Source: Nostoc sp. PCC 7120 = FACHB-418 (GTDB taxonomy: Bacteria > Cyanobacteriota > Cyanobacteriia > Cyanobacteriales > Nostocaceae). Taken from it: DNA of 32,000 nucleotides. Every line of letters begins with the position of its first letter. The first letter of the stretch is position 1. The notes beneath the pieces are model-generated. The model ran no database searches and had not been told where the DNA came from. It worked only from the letters and a program-made list of their open reading frames with translations. A program made the position numbers and the translations under genes. The stretch is from positions 5,400,001 through 5,432,000 of the forward strand of contig NC_003272.1 of the NCBI RefSeq assembly GCF_000009705.1, written 5' to 3'. Positions 17,114 through 25,496 of this stretch are shown here, in pieces.

Positions 17114-18457
17114 ATGAATTTAATTAAACAAGAATTAGCGACTGTAACAGTAGCACAAGTTGATCCGAATACACCTGCTACTAACAAAGAAAATAATGGC
17201 ATAGAAAGTCTACTTTATGGTGGTCTGCCTATTGCTCTATCTATTTTTGGTGCATTTGTACTTGTGTGGTTTATCAAGTCTTTTTTATGTATTTGTAAAC
17301 CCAACGAAATCTTGATACTTTCGGGACGCAAATGGCGGACTAAAGATGGACAAGAGATGGGTTATCGAGTGTTATTAGGTGGGCGCGCCATTCGGATTCC
17401 TATAGTGGAAACGGTAAAACGGATGGATGTAACAACTATGCCGGTAAGGGTGGAAGTGCGGAATGCTTACGCCAAAGGGGGAACGCCTTTAAATATTCAA
17501 GCGATCGCCAATGTGAAAATTTCCTCAGATCCGGTGGTTGTCGGTAACGCCATTGAACGCTTTTTAGACCGCGATCGCTCGGAATTGGCTCGTGTTTCCC
17601 GCGAAACCCTAGAAGGCTATCTCCGGGGTGTTGTCGCTACCCTCACACCAGAAGAACTCAACGAAGACCGCCTGAGTTTTGCCCAACGTATCGCCTCCGA
17701 TGTCAGCCGCGACCTTAGTAAACTGGGATTGCAACTGGACACCCTAAAAATTCAAAGCGTTTCTGACGATGTAGACTATCTCAAATCTTGGGGACGTAAA
17801 CAAATTGCCCTGGTGATTCGAGACGCAGAGATTGCCGAATCCAACGCACTCACCCAAGCCGAACAAATCGAAGCCCAATCCGAAGAATATGCCCAAGTCG
17901 CCAAAACCCAAGACAAAATCATTGTGTTGGAGAAAGAAAACGAACTCCGCACCATCAAAGCCCAGCTAGAACAGAGAGCCAAGTCTGAAGAAGAAATTAC
18001 CACGGCGGCTGCACAAGAAAAGAAAGCCAAAGCCGAACAAGTCTTACAAGTACTACGGGCTGAGTTAGAACGCCTACGCCTACAAGCCGATGAAGTCCTA
18101 CCCGCCGAAGCCCGTCGCCAAGCCCAAGAACTCCGAGCCAAAGGGGAAGCAGCTTTCCTAGAAGAAAATGCCAAAGCCGCAGCGTTAGTTAACGACATTC
18201 TTTCCCAAGTTTGGCAGCAAACCGGCAGCGACGCTTCTAAGTTATTCCTCATTCAACAAATTGAAACCGTTCTCCAAGAAGCAGTGCAGATTCCTAAACG
18301 TATTCACCTAGAGAAGGTAAATGTGATTGATAACGGCGATGGCAAATCCGTAGCCAGCTTGGTAAATATTTACCCCGAAATCGTGCTGCAATTCCTAGAA
18401 AACGTTAATCGTACCCTGGGTATTGATGTTACAGGGGCGTTGGGGAGTGGGGATTAG
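17114..18457 (+). CDS. Flotillin-like SPFH/Band-7 protein, paralog 1
   Basis: N-terminal hydrophobic segment LLYGGLPIALSIFGAFVLVWFI, then an SPFH core (ILILSGRK...GYRVLLGGRAIRIPIVETVKRMDV...NIQAIANVKI), then a long Ala/Glu/Gln/Lys coiled coil (EQIEAQSEEYAQVAKTQ...AEARRQAQELRAKGEAA) as in FloT/FloA-type flotillins. Confidence 0.88.
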   Translation: MNLIKQELATVTVAQVDPNTPATNKENNGIESLLYGGLPIALSIFGAFVLVWFIKSFLCICKPNEILILSGRKWRTKDGQEMGYRVLLGGRAIRIPIVETVKRMDVTTMPVRVEVRNAYAKGGTPLNIQAIANVKISSDPVVVGNAIERFLDRDRSELARVSRETLEGYLRGVVATLTPEELNEDRLSFAQRIASDVSRDLSKLGLQLDTLKIQSVSDDVDYLKSWGRKQIALVIRDAEIAESNALTQAEQIEAQSEEYAQVAKTQDKIIVLEKENELRTIKAQLEQRAKSEEEITTAAAQEKKAKAEQVLQVLRAELERLRLQADEVLPAEARRQAQELRAKGEAAFLEENAKAAALVNDILSQVWQQTGSDASKLFLIQQIETVLQEAVQIPKRIHLEKVNVIDNGDGKSVASLVNIYPEIVLQFLENVNRTLGIDVTGALGSGD

Positions 18458-18516
18458 GGACTGGGGACTGAGGATTAGGGCAGGAGTAGGAACTAATTAC
18501 CAATTACCACTAACAA
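18440..18516. repeat. STRR heptamer array of 11 units spanning the 3' end of flotillin 1
   Basis: TTGGGGA GTGGGGA TTAGGGA CTGGGGA CTGAGGA TTAGGGC AGGAGTA GGAACTA ATTACCA ATTACCA CTAACAA. The first units are the complement of the CCCCA(A/G)T class. The array encodes the last residues (LGSGD) and the stop codon of flotillin 1. Confidence 0.8.
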
Positions 18517-18522
18517 ATGTAC

Positions 18523-18542
18523 AGACGCGATTAATCGCGTCT
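18523..18542. repeat. Perfect 20-bp palindrome between the two flotillin genes
   Basis: AGACGCGATTAATCGCGTCT is its own reverse complement. It lies 17 nt upstream of the flotillin 2 ATG and could act as an RNA hairpin or as a binding site for a dimeric protein. Confidence 0.5.
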
Positions 18543-18558
18543 CTAACAACTAACAATT

Positions 18559-19827
18559 ATGGAAATTATCGCTTTACTTTTAGGAATTTTTGGAACTGGA
18601 ACCGCCGCAGGTTGGTGGGTGATTCGCAACTTGTACTATATCTGCCAACCTAGCGAAGTGCTGATTTTTGCGGGGAGTCGGACTCAGGTTGATGATAGGC
18701 GATCGGTTGGTTATCGCTTGGTGAAAGGTGGTAGTAGTATTCAAATCCCTCTGTTGGAAAAAACTTTCCGCATGGATTTGACTAACATGATTATTGAACT
18801 GAAGGTGTCCAACGCCTACTCAAGAGGTGGGATTCCTTTAACGGTGGAAGGAGTGGCAAATATTAAAATTGCTGGTGAAGAACCGACAATTCACAATGCC
18901 ATTGAGCGACTTTTGGGTAAAAGCCGCAAAGATATTGAACAATTAGCCAAGGACACATTGGAAGGTAATCTGCGGGGGGTATTGGCGAATCTCACGCCAG
19001 AACAGGTGAACGAAGATAAAATCACCTTTGCTAAAACTTTGTTGGAAGAAGCCGAAGATGATTTAGAAAAACTAGGATTGGTACTAGACAACCTGCAAAT
19101 CAAGAATATTTTTGATGAGGTTCTTTACCTAGATTCTATTGGACGCAAACAACAGGCAGAGTTGCTGCGAGATGCGCGGATAGCTGAAGCGGAAGCTAAA
19201 GCCCAAGCGATCATTAAATCTTCAGAAAATCTCCGCATTACTAAACTGAGACAAATTGAACGGGATTTGCAAATTGCTAAAGCCGAAGCAGAACGCAGAG
19301 TTAGAGATGCACTCACCAAGCGTGTTGCTGTGATTGCAGAGGTGGAATCGGTGGTCAATTCCCAAATTGCCAAGGTGCAGGCAGAAGTAGCAGTGCAAAC
19401 AGAACGGATTATTCAAGTAGAAAACCAACTACAAGCGGATATAGTTGCCCCAGCCGAGGCAGAATGTCACAGTGCGATCGCTCAAGCTAAGGGAGATGCT
19501 GCCAAAATCATCGAAGAAGGCAAAGCCCAAGCCGCAGGAACCCAGCGTCTAGCTGAATCTTGGCAAAATGCAGGCGCATCGGCGCGAGAAATCTTTATCT
19601 TCCAAAAACTCGAACCATTATTGAAAATGATGGCTGCGGGAGTACCTGAGGTAGAAGTAGAAAATTTAACTGTGATTGATGCGGCTAATGGTGGTGGTGT
19701 GCCGAAAATAGCCTCTTTAATTGAGCAATTACGTCAAACTACTGGTGTCGATGTTGCTCAAGTGATCAATCAGCTCAAGTCTGATGGTAAAAATGGCAAG
19801 GTTGGCTCAAATTTGGATCAAGGTTAG
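18559..19827 (+). CDS. Flotillin-like SPFH/Band-7 protein, paralog 2
   Basis: Same architecture as paralog 1: an N-terminal hydrophobic segment, the SPFH core VLIFAGSR...GYRLVKGGSSIQIPLLEKTFRMDL...VEGVANIKI, and a coiled coil. My hand alignment gives about 45 percent identity to paralog 1 over the SPFH core. Confidence 0.88.
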   Translation: MEIIALLLGIFGTGTAAGWWVIRNLYYICQPSEVLIFAGSRTQVDDRRSVGYRLVKGGSSIQIPLLEKTFRMDLTNMIIELKVSNAYSRGGIPLTVEGVANIKIAGEEPTIHNAIERLLGKSRKDIEQLAKDTLEGNLRGVLANLTPEQVNEDKITFAKTLLEEAEDDLEKLGLVLDNLQIKNIFDEVLYLDSIGRKQQAELLRDARIAEAEAKAQAIIKSSENLRITKLRQIERDLQIAKAEAERRVRDALTKRVAVIAEVESVVNSQIAKVQAEVAVQTERIIQVENQLQADIVAPAEAECHSAIAQAKGDAAKIIEEGKAQAAGTQRLAESWQNAGASAREIFIFQKLEPLLKMMAAGVPEVEVENLTVIDAANGGGVPKIASLIEQLRQTTGVDVAQVINQLKSDGKNGKVGSNLDQG

Positions 19828-19841
19828 TAAGAAAGTCAAGC

Positions 19842-20486
19842 ATGGATGAATTAACAGCACTTGTGAAACAAACCTGTCAGCATCCAAGGGGGAGTATTGA
19901 ACGCCAAAAAGGACTGCATGAAATTATCTGGCGGATTCAGCAGTCTGGTAAATTGTTTCGGGGTACGGGTGTACCTAATGCAGAGGAAGCATTGCAGAAA
20001 ACATGGCTGTATTTTTGCCTCAATCTCTGCGAAGCTACAACCAGTGAGGAACCATACAATTCCAGCCAAGGAAGTGTGATTACTTGGCTGAATGCCTACT
20101 TGCGGTACAGGCTGAAAGATATCGTTGTTCCTAATCAAAAAATCATTTATTCTTCGTCAGATGAAAATGGCGAAGAAATAGATCCCACAGATTTGATTCC
20201 CGCACGACCAGAACCACCACCCATTCTAGAGGAAATTCAGGAATGGTTAAAACAAGAAGCTCATACTTTACGCCGTATTTACGTAACCAATCGCCCAGAT
20301 ATCAATTGTTTGGTGTTGATTGAACGTCGCTTACCGCCAGAAACTTCTTGGAAGGACTTATCTCAAGAGTTTGATGTCTCCATTGCAACCCTGAGTGGTT
20401 TCTATCAACGCCATTGTTTTCCCCGCCTCCTAAATTTCGGCATATCCCAAGGTTATATTGATCATGAGTATGAGTTACCTAAGTGA
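19842..20486 (+). CDS. Sigma-70-family-like (ECF-sized) transcription factor
   Basis: At 214 aa it has a region-2-like segment (EEALQKTWLYFCLNL...VITWLNAYLRYRLKD) and a C-terminal region-4-like HTH (LVLIERRLPPETSWKDLSQEFDVSIATLSGFYQRHCFPRL). The ATG lies 14 nt after the flotillin 2 stop. The assignment rests on motif resemblance only. Confidence 0.6.
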   Translation: MDELTALVKQTCQHPRGSIERQKGLHEIIWRIQQSGKLFRGTGVPNAEEALQKTWLYFCLNLCEATTSEEPYNSSQGSVITWLNAYLRYRLKDIVVPNQKIIYSSSDENGEEIDPTDLIPARPEPPPILEEIQEWLKQEAHTLRRIYVTNRPDINCLVLIERRLPPETSWKDLSQEFDVSIATLSGFYQRHCFPRLLNFGISQGYIDHEYELPK

Positions 20487-21630
20487 ACAGCAAAGCATAT
20501 CTGTACCGATTCCAGAAAGTTTTCGCCAAATAGCTCTGGAATTTGCCCAAGAACAACCAATTTCTACAAAAGCGAAACAAGTATATTTAAATACATTAGC
20601 TGTACAAGTAGTTAATAGCTATTTAGCTATGTTAGATATCCCCACAGAACTAGAAGCTAGCTATAGTTGGCATCCACGGGGGCGCTTGACGGCTGATGTT
20701 GCAGATTTACTATTAACTGGTGTGGGACGTTTGGAATGTCTGCCGATGCGGACGGGCGATCGCACTTGTAAAATTCCCCCAGAAGTTTGGGATAATCGCA
20801 TTGGTTATGTTGTTGTGGAAATTAATCACACTTGTAAGGAAGGGAAAATTAGAGGGTTTGTCACCAGTGTCAACACTCCAGAAATTACCCTTGAACAACT
20901 GCGATCATTAACAGTATTAATTGAACATTTGCATCTAGTACATTTACGGCAATGGCTAGAAGGCATCTACACAAATAATTGGCAAAGTATAGAAGAATTA
21001 TCAAGCCAAAGAAGCACTCAATTAGCCTTTCGTTCTAAACGTGTGCGGGGTTGGGAATTTGACAATCCCGAAAAAGCTTGGCAAGTAGTTGAGCAATTAT
21101 ATCCTGCTCACAGTTGGGAAAAAAATTTACCGCCGGAACTATTAGCCAGTTTTCCTTGGAGAAGATTAGGCGATATAGAAGTATCTCCCACTACTAATAA
21201 TTACACTAAATTTACTGAAGCGATCGCTCATCTTTTAAAAACAACTCCAGACGAAGAAACTCGCTGGACTTTGGCAGAAATTTTGTGGACTCTTGCACCC
21301 AATCATCCTGCTGTCAGTGCTAGACGCATCATTGATTTAGGAATGCAGCTGGCAGGCCATCCTGTCGCTTTAATGGTAGCAATTTTAGCCAAACCGGATA
21401 GGAATGTGGCTGTCTTATTGCGCGTGTATCCAATGGGAAATCAGCCTTATTTACCACCAGGATTGCAATTAGCAGGACTAGATGAAAATGGCAAATCATT
21501 TTTAGAAGTCCAAGCACGAGAAAATAAAGATGATTACATCCAGTGCAAGTTTTGTGCAGAATTCGGCGAAAAATTTCAAGTTCGGGTTAGTATGAATAAT
21601 GTAAGTTTTACAGAAAATTTTGTCATTTAA
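20464..21630 (+). CDS. DUF1822 family protein
   Basis: The N-terminal pattern KAKQVYLNTLAVQVVNSYLAMLDI...GRLECLPMRTGDRTCKIPPEVWDNRIGYVVVEI...IRGFV follows the conserved layout I recall for cyanobacterial DUF1822 proteins. The ATG at 20464 overlaps the upstream gene by 23 nt; the ORF-track start at 20458 is TTG. Confidence 0.68.
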   Translation: MSMSYLSEQQSISVPIPESFRQIALEFAQEQPISTKAKQVYLNTLAVQVVNSYLAMLDIPTELEASYSWHPRGRLTADVADLLLTGVGRLECLPMRTGDRTCKIPPEVWDNRIGYVVVEINHTCKEGKIRGFVTSVNTPEITLEQLRSLTVLIEHLHLVHLRQWLEGIYTNNWQSIEELSSQRSTQLAFRSKRVRGWEFDNPEKAWQVVEQLYPAHSWEKNLPPELLASFPWRRLGDIEVSPTTNNYTKFTEAIAHLLKTTPDEETRWTLAEILWTLAPNHPAVSARRIIDLGMQLAGHPVALMVAILAKPDRNVAVLLRVYPMGNQPYLPPGLQLAGLDENGKSFLEVQARENKDDYIQCKFCAEFGEKFQVRVSMNNVSFTENFVI

Positions 21631-21657
21631 TAGACAAATTATTATAGGGAAGAAACA

Positions 21658-24600
21658 GTGGGTAAGCTGGTTATCTTCGAGATTGGAGAAGGCAGTTTTC
21701 AGCAGGGGTTTCCTGTGAAAATTAGAATTGGGGAAGAGCGTAAACCTCATTCTACGGAAATTCTCGGCAGATTGCCACCAGCATTAACAATTCCTCAACA
21801 CTATTATGAATGGCAATCAAGTTATCGTCACTTGCCAGCAAATTGGTTAATTACTGTTCCCGAAACTCAAATTACTAATGTATCCACCATAGAGACTTGT
21901 CATCATGCTGCTCAAAGATTTCAATTTAGTTTTAATGAATGGTTAAATCAACCAGTAGTTAGACAATTGGAACGGCAATTATTACAAAAAGTTGGTGATT
22001 GGCAGGATATACGCTTTATTTTACAAACACAAGATTCCTTACTAAGACGCATTCCTTGGCATCTATGGGATATTTTTCATGATATCCATCCCCGTCCAGA
22101 AATTATAGTTAGTTCTGAATATGAACCGTCTAAAAAACAATTAATAAATCCAGTGAAAATTCTGGTAGTTCTTGGCAACAATCGAGGTATTGATATTCAA
22201 CAGGATTTAGAAACAATCAAAAAATTACCTAGTGCCATTATTGAACTGTTGCAAGAACCATCACGCCAACAACTTAGAGATAAATTATGGACTCAATCTT
22301 GGGATATTTTCTTTTTTGCAGGGCATAGTTGTAGTCATCAAGATGATATTTCTGGACAAATTCAAATTAATGCCAAAGAAACTTTATCACTAGATAGTCT
22401 GCGTCACACACTCCGCCACGCTGTGAAGAAAGGATTAAAATTAGCTATATTTAATTCTTGCGATGGTGTAGGATTAGCACGCAATTTGGCTGATGTGCGG
22501 ATTCCTTATACAATTGTTATGCGGGAACCTGTTCCCGACATAGTAGCACAACATTTTTTAAGATATTTCTTAACAGCATTTGCATCAGGCGAGTCTTTAT
22601 ACGCATCAGTCCAACAAAGTCGCGCTCGCCTGCAAGAAGAATTAGAAAACGATTATCCTTGCGCTTCCTGGCTACCTGTGATTTTTCAAAATCCAGCAGC
22701 AGCAGAATTAAAATATCCCCAACCTAGTAATTGGGCAAAAATAGGATTTAAGGCAGCTATTTTTATAGGTTTGTTAGTTACTGGGAGTTATATTTTTACA
22801 ACAGTTGTTAATGAGTGGAGGTTTCGCGGACGCTTTAGTGATGGTAATAATCTTTTAGTGAAAACATTTACAAATACTCATAAACAAGATGGCATCAAAG
22901 CGTTTCAGCAAGGTAATTACCAATTAGCTCAAGAGAAGTTTCAAGCGTCCTTACGAGAGTATTATAATGACCCAGAAACATTAATCTATTTTAATAATGC
23001 TAAAGTTGCCAATCAGCCGATACTAAAAATTGGTGTTGCTGTCCCTATCGGGACTAACTCCAATGTCGCTCAAGAAATTTTGCGCGGAGTTGCACAAGCA
23101 CAACAAGAAATAAATCATCAAGGTGGCATTCACGGCAAGTTTTTAAAAGTTGTTCTTGCCAACGATGATAATAAACCAGAAATTGCCAAACAAGTAGCCC
23201 AGAGATTTGTTCAAGATGCAGATATATTAGCAGTAGTAGGACATAACAGTAGTGATGCAAGTGTCCCTGCATCTGATATTTATCAGGCAGGAAAATTAGT
23301 CATGGTTTCACCAACTAGCAGTTCTACAAGATTAACAGATCGTCCTCGTCTTGATAGTCATGGTAATTATATTTATCGCACAATTATTAGCTTTAATGTG
23401 ATTGCCGAAAGTTTAGCTGAATATGCCAAAACTGCTGGTATTAATAGGGTAATGATTTGTAGCGATTCACAAGCCGCAGATCAGTCTTTTGAACAAGCAT
23501 TTGTGAATGCAATAATTTACAAACGCTTGCAACATATTAATAATATAAATTGTGATTTCGCCTCAGAAGATTTTCGTCCAGAGACTATTGTAAAAGATGC
23601 GATCGCCCAAAATGTAGATGCTATTTTACTCAATCCCCAAGTTGATAGAATGAGTAAAGCGGTGGAGATAGGGAAATTTAATCAAGGTAAGGTACGATTA
23701 TTAGGAAATCCCAGCTTACAAACTAAAACCATACTCGATGCAGGCGATGTAATTAAGGGAATGGTGATAGCAACTCCTTGGTTAGCAGATGTTTCTCCTA
23801 ATCAAGAATTTGTGCAGAATGCCAAAAATCTCTGGCGTGAATCAGATTTAATTACTTGGCGTACAGCTACCGCCTTTGATGCTACCAAGGCTATCGCCGC
23901 AGCCTTGAAACAGGAAGACGACACCAGAAGCGGTATCCAAAAAGCCTTGGCGCGAAATTTTTCTTTACAAAGTGCGACAGGAACAATTCAGTTTTTATCT
24001 TGGGGCGATCGCAAAGGCGATCGCGTGGGCAATGCTATCTTAGTAGAAGTAAAACCAGACTCCAACGCACCCAGTGGCTACAGTTTCGTCCCGAAAAACT
24101 CTCTACAACATAGGATCAGTTTGGGAGATAAAATCTTAATCCAAGATAACCCTAGTCATGAAAAGCAACTAGGTGTAGAAGCTTTTGCTGTAGGTAATTA
24201 TCAACAGGCGATCGCCCTATTTCAACTATCTCTGCAAAAGGTATTTAATGACCCAGAAACACGCATATATTTACAAAATTCTTTGGCTGCTCGTAGTGGT
24301 AAAAGCTTGAGAATAGCGGTTAGTGTCCCTATTGGTAGTAACTTGAATGTTGCGAAAGAAATACTCCAGGGTGTAGCTCAAGCTCAAGATGAAATCAATC
24401 GCCAAGGTGGGATTCAAGGACATTTACTACAAGTAGAAATTGCCACCGATGATAATAACCCAGAAATTGCTCAAAAATTAGCAAGTTACTTTGTGACCGA
24501 TAAGCAAATTTTAGCTGTTATTGGTCATAATGCCTCAGACGCTTCTGTAGCCGCTTGTCCTATTTATCAAGCAGGTAAACTAGTTAATATTTCCCCCACC

Positions 24601-25398
24601 AGCTTTTCTGTAAAATTATCAGGATGTGGTGCGTATATATTCCGTACCGCCCCTAATATTAGACTTATTGCTGATATTCTTTCCAACTATGCGATTAAAA
24701 CAGTAAAGACAAAAAACTTAGCAATTTGCGTAGATGAACAGGCTATAGATAATCAATCATTTCGAGATGAATTTACCTCCGCTATCATTATTTATGGCGG
24801 AAATCTTGTGAATATCCCCTGTGATTTTTCTGCACCTGATTTTAACCCCAATCAAGTAATTACTGAGGCGATTAGTAGTGGTGCTAATGGCTTAGTTTTA
24901 GCACCTCATATAGATAGAATTAACAAAGCTTTAGATATAGCAGCAGCCAATAAAGGTAGATTGAGACTGTTTGCTAGCCCCACACTATACACATCCCAAA
25001 CTTTACAACAAGGGCAAGCCGACGTTAACGGTTTAATGTTAGCAGTCCCCTGGCATCCAGACGGGAATACACAAAATAATTTTAGCCAGAAAGCTCAACG
25101 CCTTTGGGGAAATTCTGTAACTTGGCGTTCCGCTACCAGTTATGATGCAACCCTAGCCGTAATTGCAGGTTTGCAGCAAAGTAAAAATCGTGAAGAATTA
25201 CAAAGAGTTCTACGTAATCCTAAATTTTATGCTGTGGGTGCCACCGGCAAAATTCGCTTTTTCCCATCAGGCGATCGCTATCTCAAAAACGATACTATCT
25301 TAGTAAAGATTCAAGCAAACAAAGCATCTGCAACTGGCTATGACTTTTTTTTGTTAAATGCAGCCAGAAACCAGATTTCCAAAACAAATAGGTTTTAA
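21658..25398 (+). CDS. CHAT-domain (caspase-fold) protease fused through one TM helix to two tandem periplasmic LivK/type-1 solute-binding domains
   Basis: GTG start preceded by AGGGAAG. The catalytic dyad candidates are His223 (FFFAGHSCSH) and Cys268 (AIFNSCDGVG). The TM helix is IGFKAAIFIGLLVTGSYIFTTVV (residues 362-384). Two modules of ~400 aa (residues ~411-815 and ~838-1233) align with each other and carry PBP1 motifs (IGVAVPIG, ILAVVGHNSSDASV, IYQAGKLVMVSPTS). Confidence 0.88.
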   Translation: MGKLVIFEIGEGSFQQGFPVKIRIGEERKPHSTEILGRLPPALTIPQHYYEWQSSYRHLPANWLITVPETQITNVSTIETCHHAAQRFQFSFNEWLNQPVVRQLERQLLQKVGDWQDIRFILQTQDSLLRRIPWHLWDIFHDIHPRPEIIVSSEYEPSKKQLINPVKILVVLGNNRGIDIQQDLETIKKLPSAIIELLQEPSRQQLRDKLWTQSWDIFFFAGHSCSHQDDISGQIQINAKETLSLDSLRHTLRHAVKKGLKLAIFNSCDGVGLARNLADVRIPYTIVMREPVPDIVAQHFLRYFLTAFASGESLYASVQQSRARLQEELENDYPCASWLPVIFQNPAAAELKYPQPSNWAKIGFKAAIFIGLLVTGSYIFTTVVNEWRFRGRFSDGNNLLVKTFTNTHKQDGIKAFQQGNYQLAQEKFQASLREYYNDPETLIYFNNAKVANQPILKIGVAVPIGTNSNVAQEILRGVAQAQQEINHQGGIHGKFLKVVLANDDNKPEIAKQVAQRFVQDADILAVVGHNSSDASVPASDIYQAGKLVMVSPTSSSTRLTDRPRLDSHGNYIYRTIISFNVIAESLAEYAKTAGINRVMICSDSQAADQSFEQAFVNAIIYKRLQHINNINCDFASEDFRPETIVKDAIAQNVDAILLNPQVDRMSKAVEIGKFNQGKVRLLGNPSLQTKTILDAGDVIKGMVIATPWLADVSPNQEFVQNAKNLWRESDLITWRTATAFDATKAIAAALKQEDDTRSGIQKALARNFSLQSATGTIQFLSWGDRKGDRVGNAILVEVKPDSNAPSGYSFVPKNSLQHRISLGDKILIQDNPSHEKQLGVEAFAVGNYQQAIALFQLSLQKVFNDPETRIYLQNSLAARSGKSLRIAVSVPIGSNLNVAKEILQGVAQAQDEINRQGGIQGHLLQVEIATDDNNPEIAQKLASYFVTDKQILAVIGHNASDASVAACPIYQAGKLVNISPTSFSVKLSGCGAYIFRTAPNIRLIADILSNYAIKTVKTKNLAICVDEQAIDNQSFRDEFTSAIIIYGGNLVNIPCDFSAPDFNPNQVITEAISSGANGLVLAPHIDRINKALDIAAANKGRLRLFASPTLYTSQTLQQGQADVNGLMLAVPWHPDGNTQNNFSQKAQRLWGNSVTWRSATSYDATLAVIAGLQQSKNREELQRVLRNPKFYAVGATGKIRFFPSGDRYLKNDTILVKIQANKASATGYDFFLLNAARNQISKTNRF

Positions 25399-25496
25399 TT
25401 TTACATATTGTGTGATGCTGAATTGAGAAAGTTGCATTCCTCCTACCCCACCGGGGAAGCAAACTACACGTAGTATCCCGTAAACAAGGGGTTATT

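Noticed and set aside
17776-18252. A 158-aa antisense ORF inside flotillin 1
   Set aside because: It is rich in Ala, Ser and Arg and mirrors the Ala/Glu/Gln/Lys coiled-coil codons of the sense gene. This is a typical shadow ORF with no motifs of its own.
18440-18516. Heptamer arrays considered as possible CRISPR arrays
   Set aside because: The units are 7 nt long and directly abutting, with no spacers. There are no cas genes. These are STRR repeats.
18423-18653. A 76-aa ORF spanning the spacer between the two flotillin genes
   Set aside because: It is mostly a translation of the STRR heptamer array and the palindrome, and it overlaps the real flotillin 2 start in another frame.
18891-19428. 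Three antisense ORFs (70, 82 and 68 aa) inside flotillin 2
   Set aside because: They are shadow ORFs opposite a well-supported SPFH/coiled-coil gene. They are low in complexity and have no ribosome-binding sites.
19851-23272. Short internal or antisense ORFs (19851-20138, 19897-20079, 20713-20898, 20720-20911, 21329-21517, 21502-21750, 23054-23272)
   Set aside because: All are nested in or opposite the sigma-like, DUF1822 and CHAT genes. They are of chance length in AT-rich DNA.
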